A DNA stretch of 64,000 nt, from NCBI GenBank assembly GCA_035623795.1, contig DASPST010000104.1:5366-69365 (forward strand), read 5' to 3'. Position 1 is the first letter of the stretch, and each line of letters begins with the position of its first letter. A program made the position numbers and the translations under genes. Source of the DNA: Terriglobales bacterium (GTDB lineage Bacteria > Acidobacteriota > Terriglobia > Terriglobales > Acidobacteriaceae). Positions 17,691 to 27,839 of this stretch are shown in pieces. Under the pieces are notes generated by a model that saw only the letters and a list, made by a program, of their open reading frames with translations, had not been told where the DNA came from and ran no database searches.

Positions 17691-19118
17691 TCACCGAGCG
17701 CCCGTGAGCACCTGAACATCCATGTTCTCAATGATGTGACTGGCGAACTCGCTGGTTTTAACCTTGGTTGCACCTTCCATGAGCCGTTCAAAATCGTATG
17801 TCACTTTCTTCTGCTCAATCGTGCGCCCCATGCCATGCTCGATGAGGTCCGCCGCCTCTTCCCATCCCAGGAAGCGGAACATCATCACGCCTGAAAGAAT
17901 CACCGACCCGGGATTGATCACATCTTTGTCAGCATATTTAGGCGCGGTCCCGTGCGTAGCCTCAAAGACGGCGTACCCATCTCCGATGTTGGCGCCCGGA
18001 GCGATCCCCAACCCCCCTACCTGGGCCGCGCAGGCATCAGAGATGTAATCGCCGTTCAGGTTGGGTGTGGCCAGCACGGAATATTCGTCGGCTCGCGTCA
18101 CCACCTGCTGAAATATGGAATCCGCGATACGATCATTGATCATCAATTTTTTCTTCCACGCGCCCCTTCCGTGGGTAGCGTAGATTCGATCCAGAACGTC
18201 CTTGATCTCCCGGTAGACCGCTTGGCGGAAGTCATCCGTGGCAAACTCCAGCCCGGGCTCAATCAGGTTGGCATTCTCCTCGACGCTGAGATTCGAGTTT
18301 CGGTCCTTGTTATCCAGAATCCAGCTCTCGCGTTCCGTCACCACTTTTTCCCGGAATTCCTCGGTCGCAAGTTCGTACCCCCACTTGCGGAAAGCACCTT
18401 CGGTGAATTTCTGGATGTTGCCCTTGTGGACCAAGGTCACGGCCCGGCGGCCGGTTTGGAGAGCATGTTGGATGGCCATTCGCACCAGCCGCTTCGTGCC
18501 TGTGACCGATATCGGCTTGATGCCCACGCCCGAGTCCAACCGGACCTGCTTTTTGCCGCCCTTCAACATCTCATGGTTCAGGAATTCGATGAGCCGTGCG
18601 GCCTCCGCCGTGCCCTCCTCCCATTCGATCCCGGCGTAAACGTCCTCCGTGTTCTCCCGGAAGATCACCACATCCATTCGTTCAGGGTGCTTAACGGGAG
18701 ACGGCACACCTTTGTAATATTTGACCGGCCGCACGCAGGCGTACAAGTCGAGAATCTGTCGCAGGGCGACATTCAACGATCGGATACCTCCACCGACTGG
18801 AGTGGTGAGAGGCCCTTTGATGGCAACGCGAAACTCGCGCACGGCGTTTACCGTATCATCCGGCAGCCAGTTGTCAAACCTGGCTTTGGCCTTCTCCCCG
18901 GCAAAGACCTCGTACCAGGCGACCCGACGTTTGCCTCGGTAGGCTTTTTCTACCGCCGCGTTGAACACCCGCCCCGAGGCTTTCCAGATATCCCGGCCCG
19001 TGCCGTCACCCTCAATAAAAGGAATGATGGGGTTGTCCGGAACCTGGTAGCGTCCGTCGGTATAGGTGATGCGGGCTCCATCCACCGGCACGGCCGAGCC
19101 GTTGTAAGACTGCGCCAT
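17691..19118 (-). CDS. icd: isocitrate dehydrogenase (NADP-dependent)
   Basis: [35 protein letters not shown] and [11 protein letters not shown] signatures. ATG 19118 chosen. Lies 54 nt upstream of mdh on the same strand. Confidence 0.95.
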   Translation of the reverse strand: MAQSYNGSAVPVDGARITYTDGRYQVPDNPIIPFIEGDGTGRDIWKASGRVFNAAVEKAYRGKRRVAWYEVFAGEKAKARFDNWLPDDTVNAVREFRVAIKGPLTTPVGGGIRSLNVALRQILDLYACVRPVKYYKGVPSPVKHPERMDVVIFRENTEDVYAGIEWEEGTAEAARLIEFLNHEMLKGGKKQVRLDSGVGIKPISVTGTKRLVRMAIQHALQTGRRAVTLVHKGNIQKFTEGAFRKWGYELATEEFREKVVTERESWILDNKDRNSNLSVEENANLIEPGLEFATDDFRQAVYREIKDVLDRIYATHGRGAWKKKLMINDRIADSIFQQVVTRADEYSVLATPNLNGDYISDACAAQVGGLGIAPGANIGDGYAVFEATHGTAPKYADKDVINPGSVILSGVMMFRFLGWEEAADLIEHGMGRTIEQKKVTYDFERLMEGATKVKTSEFASHIIENMDVQVLTGAR

Positions 19119-19205
19119 GGGAAATTCCTCCACTGCGGGAAAAACCCTCAATTATAAAGAACTCATGCGCCTGCACGAAATGACTCGGGGCAGACGCCAC
19201 AGCGC

Positions 19206-19234
19206 TTGACAACATCCCACCTCACGCACACAAT
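19206..19234 (+). promoter_or_regulatory. candidate promoter for 19288-19776
   Basis: TTGACA, 17 nt, CACAAT. Confidence 0.3.
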
Positions 19235-19287
19235 TTTGGTTATCTTCGATTGAAGTGCGGGCCTGTCGACAAGGGTTGCCAGACGCT

Positions 19288-19776
19288 ATGAAATATCTCT
19301 TGCAGGTTTTGCTCCCGGCGGTCATCTTTGCCCTGGTGCCTGTGGTTCACGCTCAGAAGACGGCGGACATCACACAGTTTGGCCACGATATCCACGTGCA
19401 GCCGGACCAGAAAGTTGGCGACCTCACCTGCTTCAACTGTTCTATCTACGTACGCGGACAAGTTGCGGGCGATGTAACCGCCATTCTCGGCCGCATCTTG
19501 ATTGATGCAGACGCGCAGGTCGCTGGAGATGCAACCACCATAGGCGGAGACATCCGGATAGGCCATGGCGCAAAGATCGCGGGTGACCTGACGGCCGTAG
19601 CTGGTTCGGTGAGTCGCCCTCCAGATGCCAGTGTGGCCGGAGATGTTACCTCTCTGGGCGGTATGTGGTGGCTGGTCCTGATCTTCGGTACGCCGCTCAT
19701 CCTGCTTGGACTGGTCATCGCCGTTATCGTCTGGCTGCTGCGGCGGGGAGCGGCCCCGGCCCCGGTTCGTGCCTGA
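19288..19776 (+). CDS. exported, C-terminally membrane-anchored repeat protein (bactofilin-like beta-helix repeats)
   Basis: Signal peptide MKYLLQVLLPAVIFALVPVVHA. Five repeats of about 19 aa centred on V/I-AGD-(V/A/L)-T. C-terminal TM helix WWLVLIFGTPLILLGLVIAVIVWLL. Confidence 0.6.
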   Translation: MKYLLQVLLPAVIFALVPVVHAQKTADITQFGHDIHVQPDQKVGDLTCFNCSIYVRGQVAGDVTAILGRILIDADAQVAGDATTIGGDIRIGHGAKIAGDLTAVAGSVSRPPDASVAGDVTSLGGMWWLVLIFGTPLILLGLVIAVIVWLLRRGAAPAPVRA

Positions 19777-19784
19777 CCCGGCCA

Positions 19785-22700
19785 TCAGGCGATTATCCTG
19801 TCGTAGACTTGCCGCACCATCCGGAAGGTACGCTCGAGTTCTGCCTCGAGGCCCTGGGAAAACCGCTGCTGCAAGATCGAGCCCGCAAGTTCTTGCGTGA
19901 CCTGCCGCTGATGTTGCATTGCCGGGAGCCACTTGATCGCCTTGCCCCCGGCCAGTCGCACCACATGCTCAGTCGTGCGAACCAATTCAGACGCATGGTC
20001 CAGCACCGCCGCATCGTTCTTTGGCAGAAAGCCCGCATCCGCACATTGCCATATCCGGTCCCGCAACCCGCTCCTGATGCTGCGCGCACCATGTTTCACG
20101 AGCAGATAACCGGTTATGAAGTCCACATCGTAGAGTGCGCCCGGGCTGGCCTTGAAGTTTCTCTGTCCAGAACTTTCTAATTTCTGACGCATTTCGCGTG
20201 TCGCCGGCGTGAAATCCGGATCCTGTGCGAACCGCGCAAACAGGTTCTTGGTGGCAGCGATGGCTTGTGTTGCCGCATTGGCATCTCCGGCAAGGTAGCG
20301 CAGCTTGGTGAACATCAATGCCTCCCACGGCTGGGCTTCCCGCGCAAAGTAGCTGCGCAACTGTGCGACCGACACCAGAAGATCTCCTTCCTCTCCTCGC
20401 GGCCGCAATCGCGTGTCCACGGGAAAGACCGTGCCGTCCTGGGTGTAGGCGGCAAGCGCTTGGACGATTCGCTCGGCCGACCGCGCCAATCCGCTGAGGC
20501 CCGAGTCTTCGCAAACGAATAGCAAATCCGCGTCCGAACAGATGTCGAACTCACGGGATCCCAGCCCTCCCAAACCCATGACGGCCACCCCTGAGGGACT
20601 GCCGGCGATGCCAAAGGCAGCCCGAACCGCGTCCTCGGCGGCCGCCGTGGTCGCGCGCAACGAACTGTACACATCGCGCAGACTGTAGACATCTCGTGCG
20701 CCCTCCAGGAACATCCGGTGCCGGTATTGGGTCCGCAGCAGGGACAGCTTCTCCCCGTAGTTTGCCGGCGAGGATGCCAGGTAGGAGAAGACGGGGTCGT
20801 CCGAGCGTGTGGCGTCGTCTTGCTGTGGGTCAAACAAGGTGAAGCTGGGTGGCGATGCGGGAACGTCCTCCAGCACCGCCAGTGCGGCAATTTCCTCCGG
20901 GTGACGTACGAGAATGTCAGTGAGGTACTCGCTAGCATGAAGAATGGAAAGCGCTCTGGCCAGCGCCTCAGGCTGACGTAAGAGCGCACCGTACCGCTCA
21001 GAACTGGCAAAAGCGGCGCTCACGAAACGTAGCGCGTTCTTGCGCGCTTGGGGGCTCAGGTCGCTCCGGCGGAGCGTGGCATGCAGTTGCGGCGAGTCTT
21101 CCGCCAGCCGCTCCAGAATCTGCGCATTGGGCGCATCACCCGGCACCGCCTCCACGCCAGCTTGCAACGCAAACAGGACATCACCCGCCTCCCGGCGCTC
21201 CCGCACCTGCTGCTGGAAGATGACCCGCTTGTAAATGGTGGACACTGCGGCCATGCGCGCGCGAATCGCCTCCACCAGGTCCGGACCGCGCTCCCCGGAT
21301 AGGGCATGCTTTTCCATCGATCGCCGCAGGATTTCCAGCTCTGCCGGCGAAGTCGGCAGCCGGTGGGTTTGCTGCCCCCGGCGAAGTTGCAAGCGATGCT
21401 CCACATTCCGCAAGAATTCGTACGTTCCGCTTAAGGCGTGGAAGTCCTTGCCGCTGATGGACCCTTTGTCGTGCAGCCGGTGCAAGGAGAACAGCGTTCC
21501 CCCCGAACGCAACCATGCATCCCGTCCGCCATGCACTCTTTGCAGGCACTGCACCAGAAACTCGATGTCTCGAATGCCGCCGTGGTCCAGCTTCACGTCA
21601 ATCGCCGTCCCTTCCTGCGTGTTCTGGAATCGGCGATGGCGATCCATTCTTTCCCGCGCCACCAGGGCGGTTTTGATGGCGGCGAAGTTCAACGGGCGAG
21701 GTTCTGCCTTCTCCTCCCCGGAGCCCAAGCCATACACCTGGGGCTGCACGCCCCGAATAAACTCGCGCGCCAGCCGTTCGTCTCCTGCGGACCGGCGTAT
21801 CTTGATCAGCGCCTGCCGCTCCCAGTCTTCGGCGGTGCGCGTGTAATAGCGCAAGGCCTGGCCCAGGCTGATGGCTAACTCTCCCTCTCGGCCTTGCGGG
21901 CGCAAACGCAGATCAATTCGATAGACTGGCCCCTCAGGAGTCTGGCGTGAGAGCACTCTCGTCAGCTGCTGCGCGAGCCGGATAAAGTATTCCCGGTTGC
22001 TGATGCCGGTCTGCAGCTCCGCCCCATCGTCGGCAAACAGGTAAAGCAGATCGACGTCCGAGCTGTAGTTCAGTTCATTGCCGCCCAGCTTTCCCAAGGA
22101 AAGCACCGCGAACCCAGTCCCGACGAGACGACCTCCGGAGTCCAAGTGCCAGCGCGATCCGTACTTCCCCTGCAGGCAGTTCTCTGCCTGGCGCAACCCC
22201 TCTTCGATCAGGACATCCGCCAGGGAAGAGATTTCTGCCGCGGTCTCTGCAAACGCTGCAATGCCCAGAACGTCGCGCAGTACGATTCGGACGTACTCCA
22301 TTCGCTTGAAGCGCGCCAGCGAGCATGCGATGTCCTCATCCGGGTTATGGGCACGAAAGTGCGCGAGCCGGTTCTGGAACTCCTCCCGCGAGTAGCTTTG
22401 GTCAAGGCTCCTAGGATTCAGGAAGGAGCCCAGCAGGTCGGGGTTCCTGAGCAGCGTTTCCCCCAGGAAACGGCTGTGTCCGAATAGGGCGATTGCGTAG
22501 TGGGCCAGCGTGGGATGCTGATTCAGTAGACTTAACACTTGGGGATCAGATTCATCGAGGAGCCTGCTGAAGAAAAGCACGGCCGCATCCGGATCGGGCG
22601 CCTCGGCAAGCAGGGCGGGCAGTGCCGCAGCGAGCTTTGGTGACAGCTGATGCAAGGCCCGAGCAAGGTGACGCCCTGACTTCTCAACCTCCTGAAAGGG

Positions 22701-22796
22701 TATGGTCTGAATTGCCGCGGCCAGGTCCGGCGACTCCCGGGAATCGGATGGCGGTATCTCCCGCACGGCTCTCTGCTCGAGTTCCCAGGATAGCAC
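19785..22796 (-). CDS. glnE: bifunctional glutamine synthetase adenylyltransferase / adenylyl-removing enzyme
   Basis: About 1000 aa with two nucleotidyltransferase halves (LGKLGGNELNYSSDVDLL and GLGGLGSREFDICSDADLL), each followed by the conserved VYRIDLRLRP / VFPVDTRLRP segment. Confidence 0.9.
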   Translation of the reverse strand: MLSWELEQRAVREIPPSDSRESPDLAAAIQTIPFQEVEKSGRHLARALHQLSPKLAAALPALLAEAPDPDAAVLFFSRLLDESDPQVLSLLNQHPTLAHYAIALFGHSRFLGETLLRNPDLLGSFLNPRSLDQSYSREEFQNRLAHFRAHNPDEDIACSLARFKRMEYVRIVLRDVLGIAAFAETAAEISSLADVLIEEGLRQAENCLQGKYGSRWHLDSGGRLVGTGFAVLSLGKLGGNELNYSSDVDLLYLFADDGAELQTGISNREYFIRLAQQLTRVLSRQTPEGPVYRIDLRLRPQGREGELAISLGQALRYYTRTAEDWERQALIKIRRSAGDERLAREFIRGVQPQVYGLGSGEEKAEPRPLNFAAIKTALVARERMDRHRRFQNTQEGTAIDVKLDHGGIRDIEFLVQCLQRVHGGRDAWLRSGGTLFSLHRLHDKGSISGKDFHALSGTYEFLRNVEHRLQLRRGQQTHRLPTSPAELEILRRSMEKHALSGERGPDLVEAIRARMAAVSTIYKRVIFQQQVRERREAGDVLFALQAGVEAVPGDAPNAQILERLAEDSPQLHATLRRSDLSPQARKNALRFVSAAFASSERYGALLRQPEALARALSILHASEYLTDILVRHPEEIAALAVLEDVPASPPSFTLFDPQQDDATRSDDPVFSYLASSPANYGEKLSLLRTQYRHRMFLEGARDVYSLRDVYSSLRATTAAAEDAVRAAFGIAGSPSGVAVMGLGGLGSREFDICSDADLLFVCEDSGLSGLARSAERIVQALAAYTQDGTVFPVDTRLRPRGEEGDLLVSVAQLRSYFAREAQPWEALMFTKLRYLAGDANAATQAIAATKNLFARFAQDPDFTPATREMRQKLESSGQRNFKASPGALYDVDFITGYLLVKHGARSIRSGLRDRIWQCADAGFLPKNDAAVLDHASELVRTTEHVVRLAGGKAIKWLPAMQHQRQVTQELAGSILQQRFSQGLEAELERTFRMVRQVYDRIIA

Positions 22797-22859
22797 GCGT
22801 CCAGCTCACCTCCACCTGGGGGCCGAGGAACGCCAAAGCCCACTCGAAGCGGGCGCCTC

Positions 22860-23426
22860 TCACGGTTCCCTTCTTCCAAAATACTTCCTGACGCCGAAGG
22901 CGTTATACCGTCCCCAAGGTCCGTTCAGGCCCAGGTCGGCGGGCCCGAGATAGCGGTCGCGGGCCCCGAAGCGCTGGAAGAGGAAGTGTTGCGTGACCCG
23001 CATCTCGAAGCCGCGGCCGAAGTCGATGCCCAATCCCCAAGACCGCTCCCAACCGATTCCATCCCACGACCAGGTATAGAGCGTCTGGGGAACATTCTTG
23101 CCGAACAGGAAGGTGGGAGCACCGAAGAACATCAGGCGCCTGAGCGGTGTTCTAGCGAACGGCCGAAACTCCACGTATCCCGACAGCATGTAACGCGCAA
23201 AGGCGTTGCAGGGCGCATCCTTGCCCCCGTAGTTGCCGGCGTTCGCGGCGCACAGATTGGGATCAACCTCATTGTGAGGCGGTGCGATGTCAAACTGCGC
23301 CCAGGCCCAGATGACGTTCCGGGGAAAGAACAACCTTTCGCCGCTCACCGCAGGTTGCCGAGTCTCCTGCGCAAATGCTGGCAGCACTCCCGTTAGCAGA
23401 ACAGCAACCACGAACACACGTTTCAT
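22860..23426 (-). CDS. exported hypothetical protein between glnA and glnE
   Basis: ATG 23426 gives the signal peptide MKRVFVVAVLLTGVLPAFAQE. The mature part is rich in aromatics and Gly (..YTWSWDGIGWERSWGLGIDFGRGFE..). No family recognised. Confidence 0.55.
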   Translation of the reverse strand: MKRVFVVAVLLTGVLPAFAQETRQPAVSGERLFFPRNVIWAWAQFDIAPPHNEVDPNLCAANAGNYGGKDAPCNAFARYMLSGYVEFRPFARTPLRRLMFFGAPTFLFGKNVPQTLYTWSWDGIGWERSWGLGIDFGRGFEMRVTQHFLFQRFGARDRYLGPADLGLNGPWGRYNAFGVRKYFGRREP

Positions 23427-23611
23427 GAAGACTCCGCCAGGCTGGTTGAGATTTCTCGCTTTGGTTGGAAACCTTTCCGCAAGGCACGGCGCGATTGCCG
23501 ATGGCGCCCTGGTCCCGCCCAATTCGCTGAGAGCTAGCGATTCTATCCTCAAACTGCAAAGGATCAACAGGCTTGCCAGTCCACAATCGGAAGACCACCA
23601 TTCCGGCAACC

Positions 23612-23641
23612 AAAAAAAAGGCCCAGCATCTTGGCCAGGCC
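23612..23641 (-). terminator. rho-independent terminator after glnA
   Basis: On the minus strand: GGCCTGG / CCAGGCC-type 7-bp stem (two G-U pairs) with an 8-nt loop, followed by TTTTTTTT. It lies 53 nt past the glnA stop. Confidence 0.5.
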
Positions 23642-23693
23642 CTCCGAGCCGGAATCACTTAATCTTCGACGGTCGGTACGACAAAGGCTTCTT

Positions 23694-25106
23694 CTAGATG
23701 TCGTAATAGAGTGCGAACTCGTAGGGGTGCGGCCGCAGTCGAACCGCGTCCACCTCCTTTGCCCGTTTGTAGTCCACGTACGTCCGCAGCACCTCCTCGG
23801 TAAAAACATCGCCCTTCAGCAGGAAGCCGCTGTCCCTTTCCAGCGCGTCCAGAGCGTCCTCCAAGGAGCCCGGCATCGACGGAACCTTGGCCAGTTCCTC
23901 GGGACCCAGGTCATAGATGTCTTTGTCGAGGGGTTGTCCCGGATCCAGCTTATTCTCGATGCCATCCATGCCTGCCATCATCATGGCCGAGAAAGCCAGA
24001 TAGGGATTACAGCTGGGATCGGGCGGACGGAACTCCACTCGTTTGGCCTTGGGTGACGCCGAGTACATCGGAATGCGGCAGGCTGCCGATCGATTGCGCC
24101 GTGAATAGGCCAGGTTCACCGGCGCTTCGAAGCCAGGCACGAGCCGCTTGTAGGAATTGGTCGTGGGCGCGATCAGGGCCGACAACGCCGGTCCGTGCTT
24201 GATCAGACCGCCGATGTACCACAACGCCAGCTGGGACATTCCGGCGTAGCCGTCACCGGCAAACAGAGGCTTTCCACTCTTCCACAGCGACTGGTGCGTG
24301 TGCATCCCGCTGCCGTTGTCTCCGTAAATTGGCTTGGGCATGAAAGTTACGGTCTTGCCGTATTGGTTGGCCACGTTCTTCACCACGTACTTGTACAACA
24401 TCATACTGTCGGCCGACTTCACCAAAGAGTTGAACTGCAAATCAATCTCCGTCTGGCCGCCGGTCGCCACCTCGTGATGATGACACTCGACCGTCAGCCC
24501 TGCGTTTTGCATGGCGATCACCATTTCGCTGCGCAGGTCCTGGTAGTGGTCCGTCGGCGGCACCGGGAAGTATCCTTCCTTGTAGCGCGGCCGGTAGCCG
24601 AGATTGTTCTCCTCACGTCCGGAGTTCCACCTTCCTTCTTCCGCATCAATGAAATAAAAGCCGAACTGCTCTTTCTGATCGAAACGCACATTGTCAAAGA
24701 TGAAAAACTCGGCTTCCGCCCCGAAGTACGCTGTGTCCGCGATCCCCGTCGAAGCCAGGAACATCTCGGCCTTCCTGGCGATATAGCGCGGATCACGGTC
24801 ATAGCGCTGTTTGGTCACCGGATCGATCACATCACACACCATCACCAGCGTCGAAACTTCTGTGAACGGGTCCAGCAGGTAAAAGTTAGGATCGGGAATG
24901 AGCAGCATGTCGCTTTCATGGATCGCCGCCCAACCGCGGATTGACGAGCCATCCATGCCAAAGCCTTCTTCAAACGAGGCTTCACTCAACTGCTCGATGG
25001 GAAACGAAACGTGGTGCCAGAGCCCGGGCAAATCCGTGAACCGCAGATCCAGGATCTTGACATCATTTTTCTTCGCAAACTCCAGCACTGCTTTTGCATC
25101 AGCCAT
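23694..25106 (-). CDS. glnA: glutamine synthetase, type I
   Basis: 470 aa with FTDLPG, FDGSSI-like (MDGSSIRGW), [20 protein letters not shown] and the [11 protein letters not shown] signature region. Confidence 0.95.
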   Translation of the reverse strand: MADAKAVLEFAKKNDVKILDLRFTDLPGLWHHVSFPIEQLSEASFEEGFGMDGSSIRGWAAIHESDMLLIPDPNFYLLDPFTEVSTLVMVCDVIDPVTKQRYDRDPRYIARKAEMFLASTGIADTAYFGAEAEFFIFDNVRFDQKEQFGFYFIDAEEGRWNSGREENNLGYRPRYKEGYFPVPPTDHYQDLRSEMVIAMQNAGLTVECHHHEVATGGQTEIDLQFNSLVKSADSMMLYKYVVKNVANQYGKTVTFMPKPIYGDNGSGMHTHQSLWKSGKPLFAGDGYAGMSQLALWYIGGLIKHGPALSALIAPTTNSYKRLVPGFEAPVNLAYSRRNRSAACRIPMYSASPKAKRVEFRPPDPSCNPYLAFSAMMMAGMDGIENKLDPGQPLDKDIYDLGPEELAKVPSMPGSLEDALDALERDSGFLLKGDVFTEEVLRTYVDYKRAKEVDAVRLRPHPYEFALYYDI

Positions 25107-25267
25107 GGGTATCTCCTCGTGGAATTCTCGGCGATGACAGGGTCGAGAGGGATGGCGTTTTCAGTCGCGGTGACCGGTCGGAGTAGAGCAGAGAACACTC
25201 CGCACAATAACTAGCGAGTCTAGAACCGTCTGGCGATCGCTTAAAATCGATTGTTTTTATGGCCGGC

Positions 25268-25282
25268 ATAAAGGCTCTTTAT
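25268..25282. promoter_or_regulatory. LysR-type (T-N11-A) dyad ATAAAG-GCT-CTTTAT in the glnA / lysR divergent region
   Basis: Perfect 6+6 inverted repeat containing T-N11-A. It sits 162 nt from the glnA start and 150 nt from the LysR gene start. Confidence 0.4.
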
Positions 25283-25432
25283 TCACCTGCAAACCCATTG
25301 GATTCAGCAGCATGACGAGTGGAAAACTTTCCCGGGTCACTCGGAAGGTGGGCGCGACGGTTTATGATGGTGTGGATTCGAGCGTAGAGAGCTGGTTCTG
25401 TTGTTCGGCGGGACCATCGGTTAACTGCCCCT

Positions 25433-26353
25433 ATGGATTTCGACCAACTTGAAACATTCCTCGAGGTCGCCCGGCTGAGTTCGTTCTCGCGCGCCGCCGA
25501 AAAGCGCTTCCGAACGCAGCCCGCGGTCTCGTCTCAGATTCGAGCTCTCGAGGAGGAGATCGGCGCCCGGTTGCTCGACCGATCCGGCGGCAAAGTCTCG
25601 CTCACCGCGGCTGGCAAGCTGTTCCTCCGCTATGCCGAGGATACCCTCGATGCCCGTAAGGCGGTCTGCACCGCGATTGCCGAGACCGAACGCATTCCGC
25701 GGGGCGAAATCGTGGTCGGGGCCAATGAGGGGACCTGCCTCCACATCCTTCCCGAGGTGTTCGCCCAGTTCAAGAAGAGTTACCCGGAGGTCGCGGTCAG
25801 TATCAAGCGTGCCGATTACGCCAAGACTTTGGAGTCGGTAGTCGACAATTCGGTCGATTTCGGGGTGGTTTCGCTGCCGGTCACGGATCCCAGGCTCACC
25901 GTCGTGCCTATCCACCGCGACGAACTGGTAATCATTGCCCCCCCGCACCATCCCTTAGCCCGGCTGAAATCTGCCACTGTCGAGGAAGCCGCCCGCTTTC
26001 CCCTGCTCATGCCCAAGACCGGCCACACTCGGGATTCCCTGGAGAACCTCTTTCACGAACGTCGGCTCAAACCGCAGTATTCGATGGAACTCGACTCGAG
26101 CGAACTGCTCAAGCGCTTTGTAGCCGCCGACGTTGGCATCGGCTTCATCCCCCGTTCGAACGTGGCCGAGGATCTCAGCGCCAATGCGCTCCGCATCATT
26201 CCCATTGCCGACGCCCAGCTTCGCCGGGACCTGGCGCTCATTTTCCGCAAAGACAAGGCGCTCAGCCGCGCCGCCCTGGCCTTCATCGACACTGCCGTGA
26301 AACTCAAGACCCCGGAAACGGTCGGTCTGGCCACGACAGTTCCACAGCGATAG
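25433..26353 (+). CDS. LysR family transcriptional regulator
   Basis: The N-terminal HTH LETFLEVARLSSFSRAAEKRFRTQPAVSSQIRALEEEIG, followed by a substrate-binding domain of typical length. Confidence 0.9.
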   Translation: MDFDQLETFLEVARLSSFSRAAEKRFRTQPAVSSQIRALEEEIGARLLDRSGGKVSLTAAGKLFLRYAEDTLDARKAVCTAIAETERIPRGEIVVGANEGTCLHILPEVFAQFKKSYPEVAVSIKRADYAKTLESVVDNSVDFGVVSLPVTDPRLTVVPIHRDELVIIAPPHHPLARLKSATVEEAARFPLLMPKTGHTRDSLENLFHERRLKPQYSMELDSSELLKRFVAADVGIGFIPRSNVAEDLSANALRIIPIADAQLRRDLALIFRKDKALSRAALAFIDTAVKLKTPETVGLATTVPQR

Positions 26354-26403
26354 CGGGAGCCTAGCCGGGCGGACGATAAGCGCTTCGGCTAGAATTAACT
26401 CGC

Positions 26404-27714
26404 GTGCAGCCCTCTTCAACCTACATTTTCCTGGTTTTCTTGCTGGGTGGAGCCGGCTTTGTCCAGGCACAGGCCGGACATGGTCCCAAGGTTCCGGCCG
26501 ACCAAAAGCTCATCTCCATTACCGTTACCGGGACGCGGCGGTTCACTCCGGAGGAAATCACCGCCGCCTCCGGCCTCCAGATCGGCGCCATTGCCACCGA
26601 GCAGGATTTTCAGAACGCTGTGGCACACCTAGGTGAATCCGGCCTCTTCACCAACGTCGCTTACAGCTATAGCTATTCCCCCGCCGGCACTAAGCTCGAA
26701 CTTCACCTGGCCGACGCCGCCCGCCTCGTCCCCGTCCGCTTCGACGATTTTGTCTGGTTCTCCGACCAGGAACTGCTGCAAAAGCTTCACGAGCACCTGC
26801 CTCTCTTCAAAGGCGAGGCTCCACCTGAGGGCACCATCGCAGACCGCATTTCGGACGTGTTGCAGGCCCTACTGCTGGAGCGCTCCCCTACCGGCGTGGT
26901 GGACTACGTGCGTGAGGGCAAGAACAACGGGCCGGTCGAAGCCCTTGTCTTCCGCGTTGACAATGTTCACGTTCGCGTGCACGGCCTCGACTTCCCCGGA
27001 GCGTCCCCCGCCGACCTACCGGCGTTGAACGCGGCCCTTGCGCCGCTGGTCGACAACCCGTATGTCCGCTCCGATATCAGGCGGTACGTTGAGATCCGCG
27101 TTCGTCCCATCTACCTCGAGCGCGGCTTCGTCAAGGCTACATTTGCCGATCCACAGGCGAAGGTCGTTCACGAAGGTGAGGATGAGACTCTCGTTGACGT
27201 AGCCCTGCCCATCGAGCCTGGCCGCCAGTACAAGCTTTCGCAGATCGAATGGGTCGGAAACAAGGCCTTCCCAGCCGACAAGCTTCAGTCTCTGGTGCCT
27301 TTGCCGCCCGGCGAGCCGGTGAACGCCATCCTGCTGACGTCAGACCTCGAAAAAGTGCGGAAGCTGTATGGAACCTTGGGCTATATGGCGGTGCGCGTGG
27401 AACCCGAACCGGAATTCGACGAAGCAGCGGGGACGGTCGGCTATCGTCTCAAGGTCAATGAAGGCGACGTCTATCACATGGGCGATCTCGACATTCGCGG
27501 CGTCGACCACAAGACGGCCGACCGCCTGGCACAGAGCTGGACCCTGCGGCCAGGGGATCCCTATAACCAGAGCTATCCCAATCGCTTCGCCAACGAGTCC
27601 CTTAAGTTGCTCACGTCAACTCTAGAGTGGTCCGTCAGCGTGCGCGAGGCCGTGAATGATCAGGACAAGACGGTCGACGTGACCCTGCGTTACAACCTGA
27701 GTTCTACCCGTTAA
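26404..27714 (+). CDS. POTRA-domain protein (BamA/ShlB-like N-terminal repeats, no beta-barrel)
   Basis: Signal peptide, then POTRA-like units (ISITVTGTRRFTPEEITAASGLQIG...DFQNAV..L..SGLF..V.Y). The protein ends at 436 aa inside or just after a POTRA unit. Confidence 0.6.
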   Translation: MQPSSTYIFLVFLLGGAGFVQAQAGHGPKVPADQKLISITVTGTRRFTPEEITAASGLQIGAIATEQDFQNAVAHLGESGLFTNVAYSYSYSPAGTKLELHLADAARLVPVRFDDFVWFSDQELLQKLHEHLPLFKGEAPPEGTIADRISDVLQALLLERSPTGVVDYVREGKNNGPVEALVFRVDNVHVRVHGLDFPGASPADLPALNAALAPLVDNPYVRSDIRRYVEIRVRPIYLERGFVKATFADPQAKVVHEGEDETLVDVALPIEPGRQYKLSQIEWVGNKAFPADKLQSLVPLPPGEPVNAILLTSDLEKVRKLYGTLGYMAVRVEPEPEFDEAAGTVGYRLKVNEGDVYHMGDLDIRGVDHKTADRLAQSWTLRPGDPYNQSYPNRFANESLKLLTSTLEWSVSVREAVNDQDKTVDVTLRYNLSSTR

Positions 27715-27839
27715 GCTTGGCGGCCAGAAACCGGGGTTTCCATATCTTTTGTAACCTTTTCCTGAGGTGATAATCTCTAAGTTACGGGTTCCCTTGCGGG
27801 CCACGCGAGGACATCCATCCCTGACAGGAGAATCATTGC

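Noticed and set aside
17952-19157. 401-aa plus-strand ORF
   Set aside because: It is antisense shadow of icd.
25107-25432. Looked for a sigma-54 (TGGCAC-N5-TTGCA) promoter and NtrC sites upstream of glnA
   Set aside because: I found no GG-N10-GC match with correct spacing on the glnA strand.
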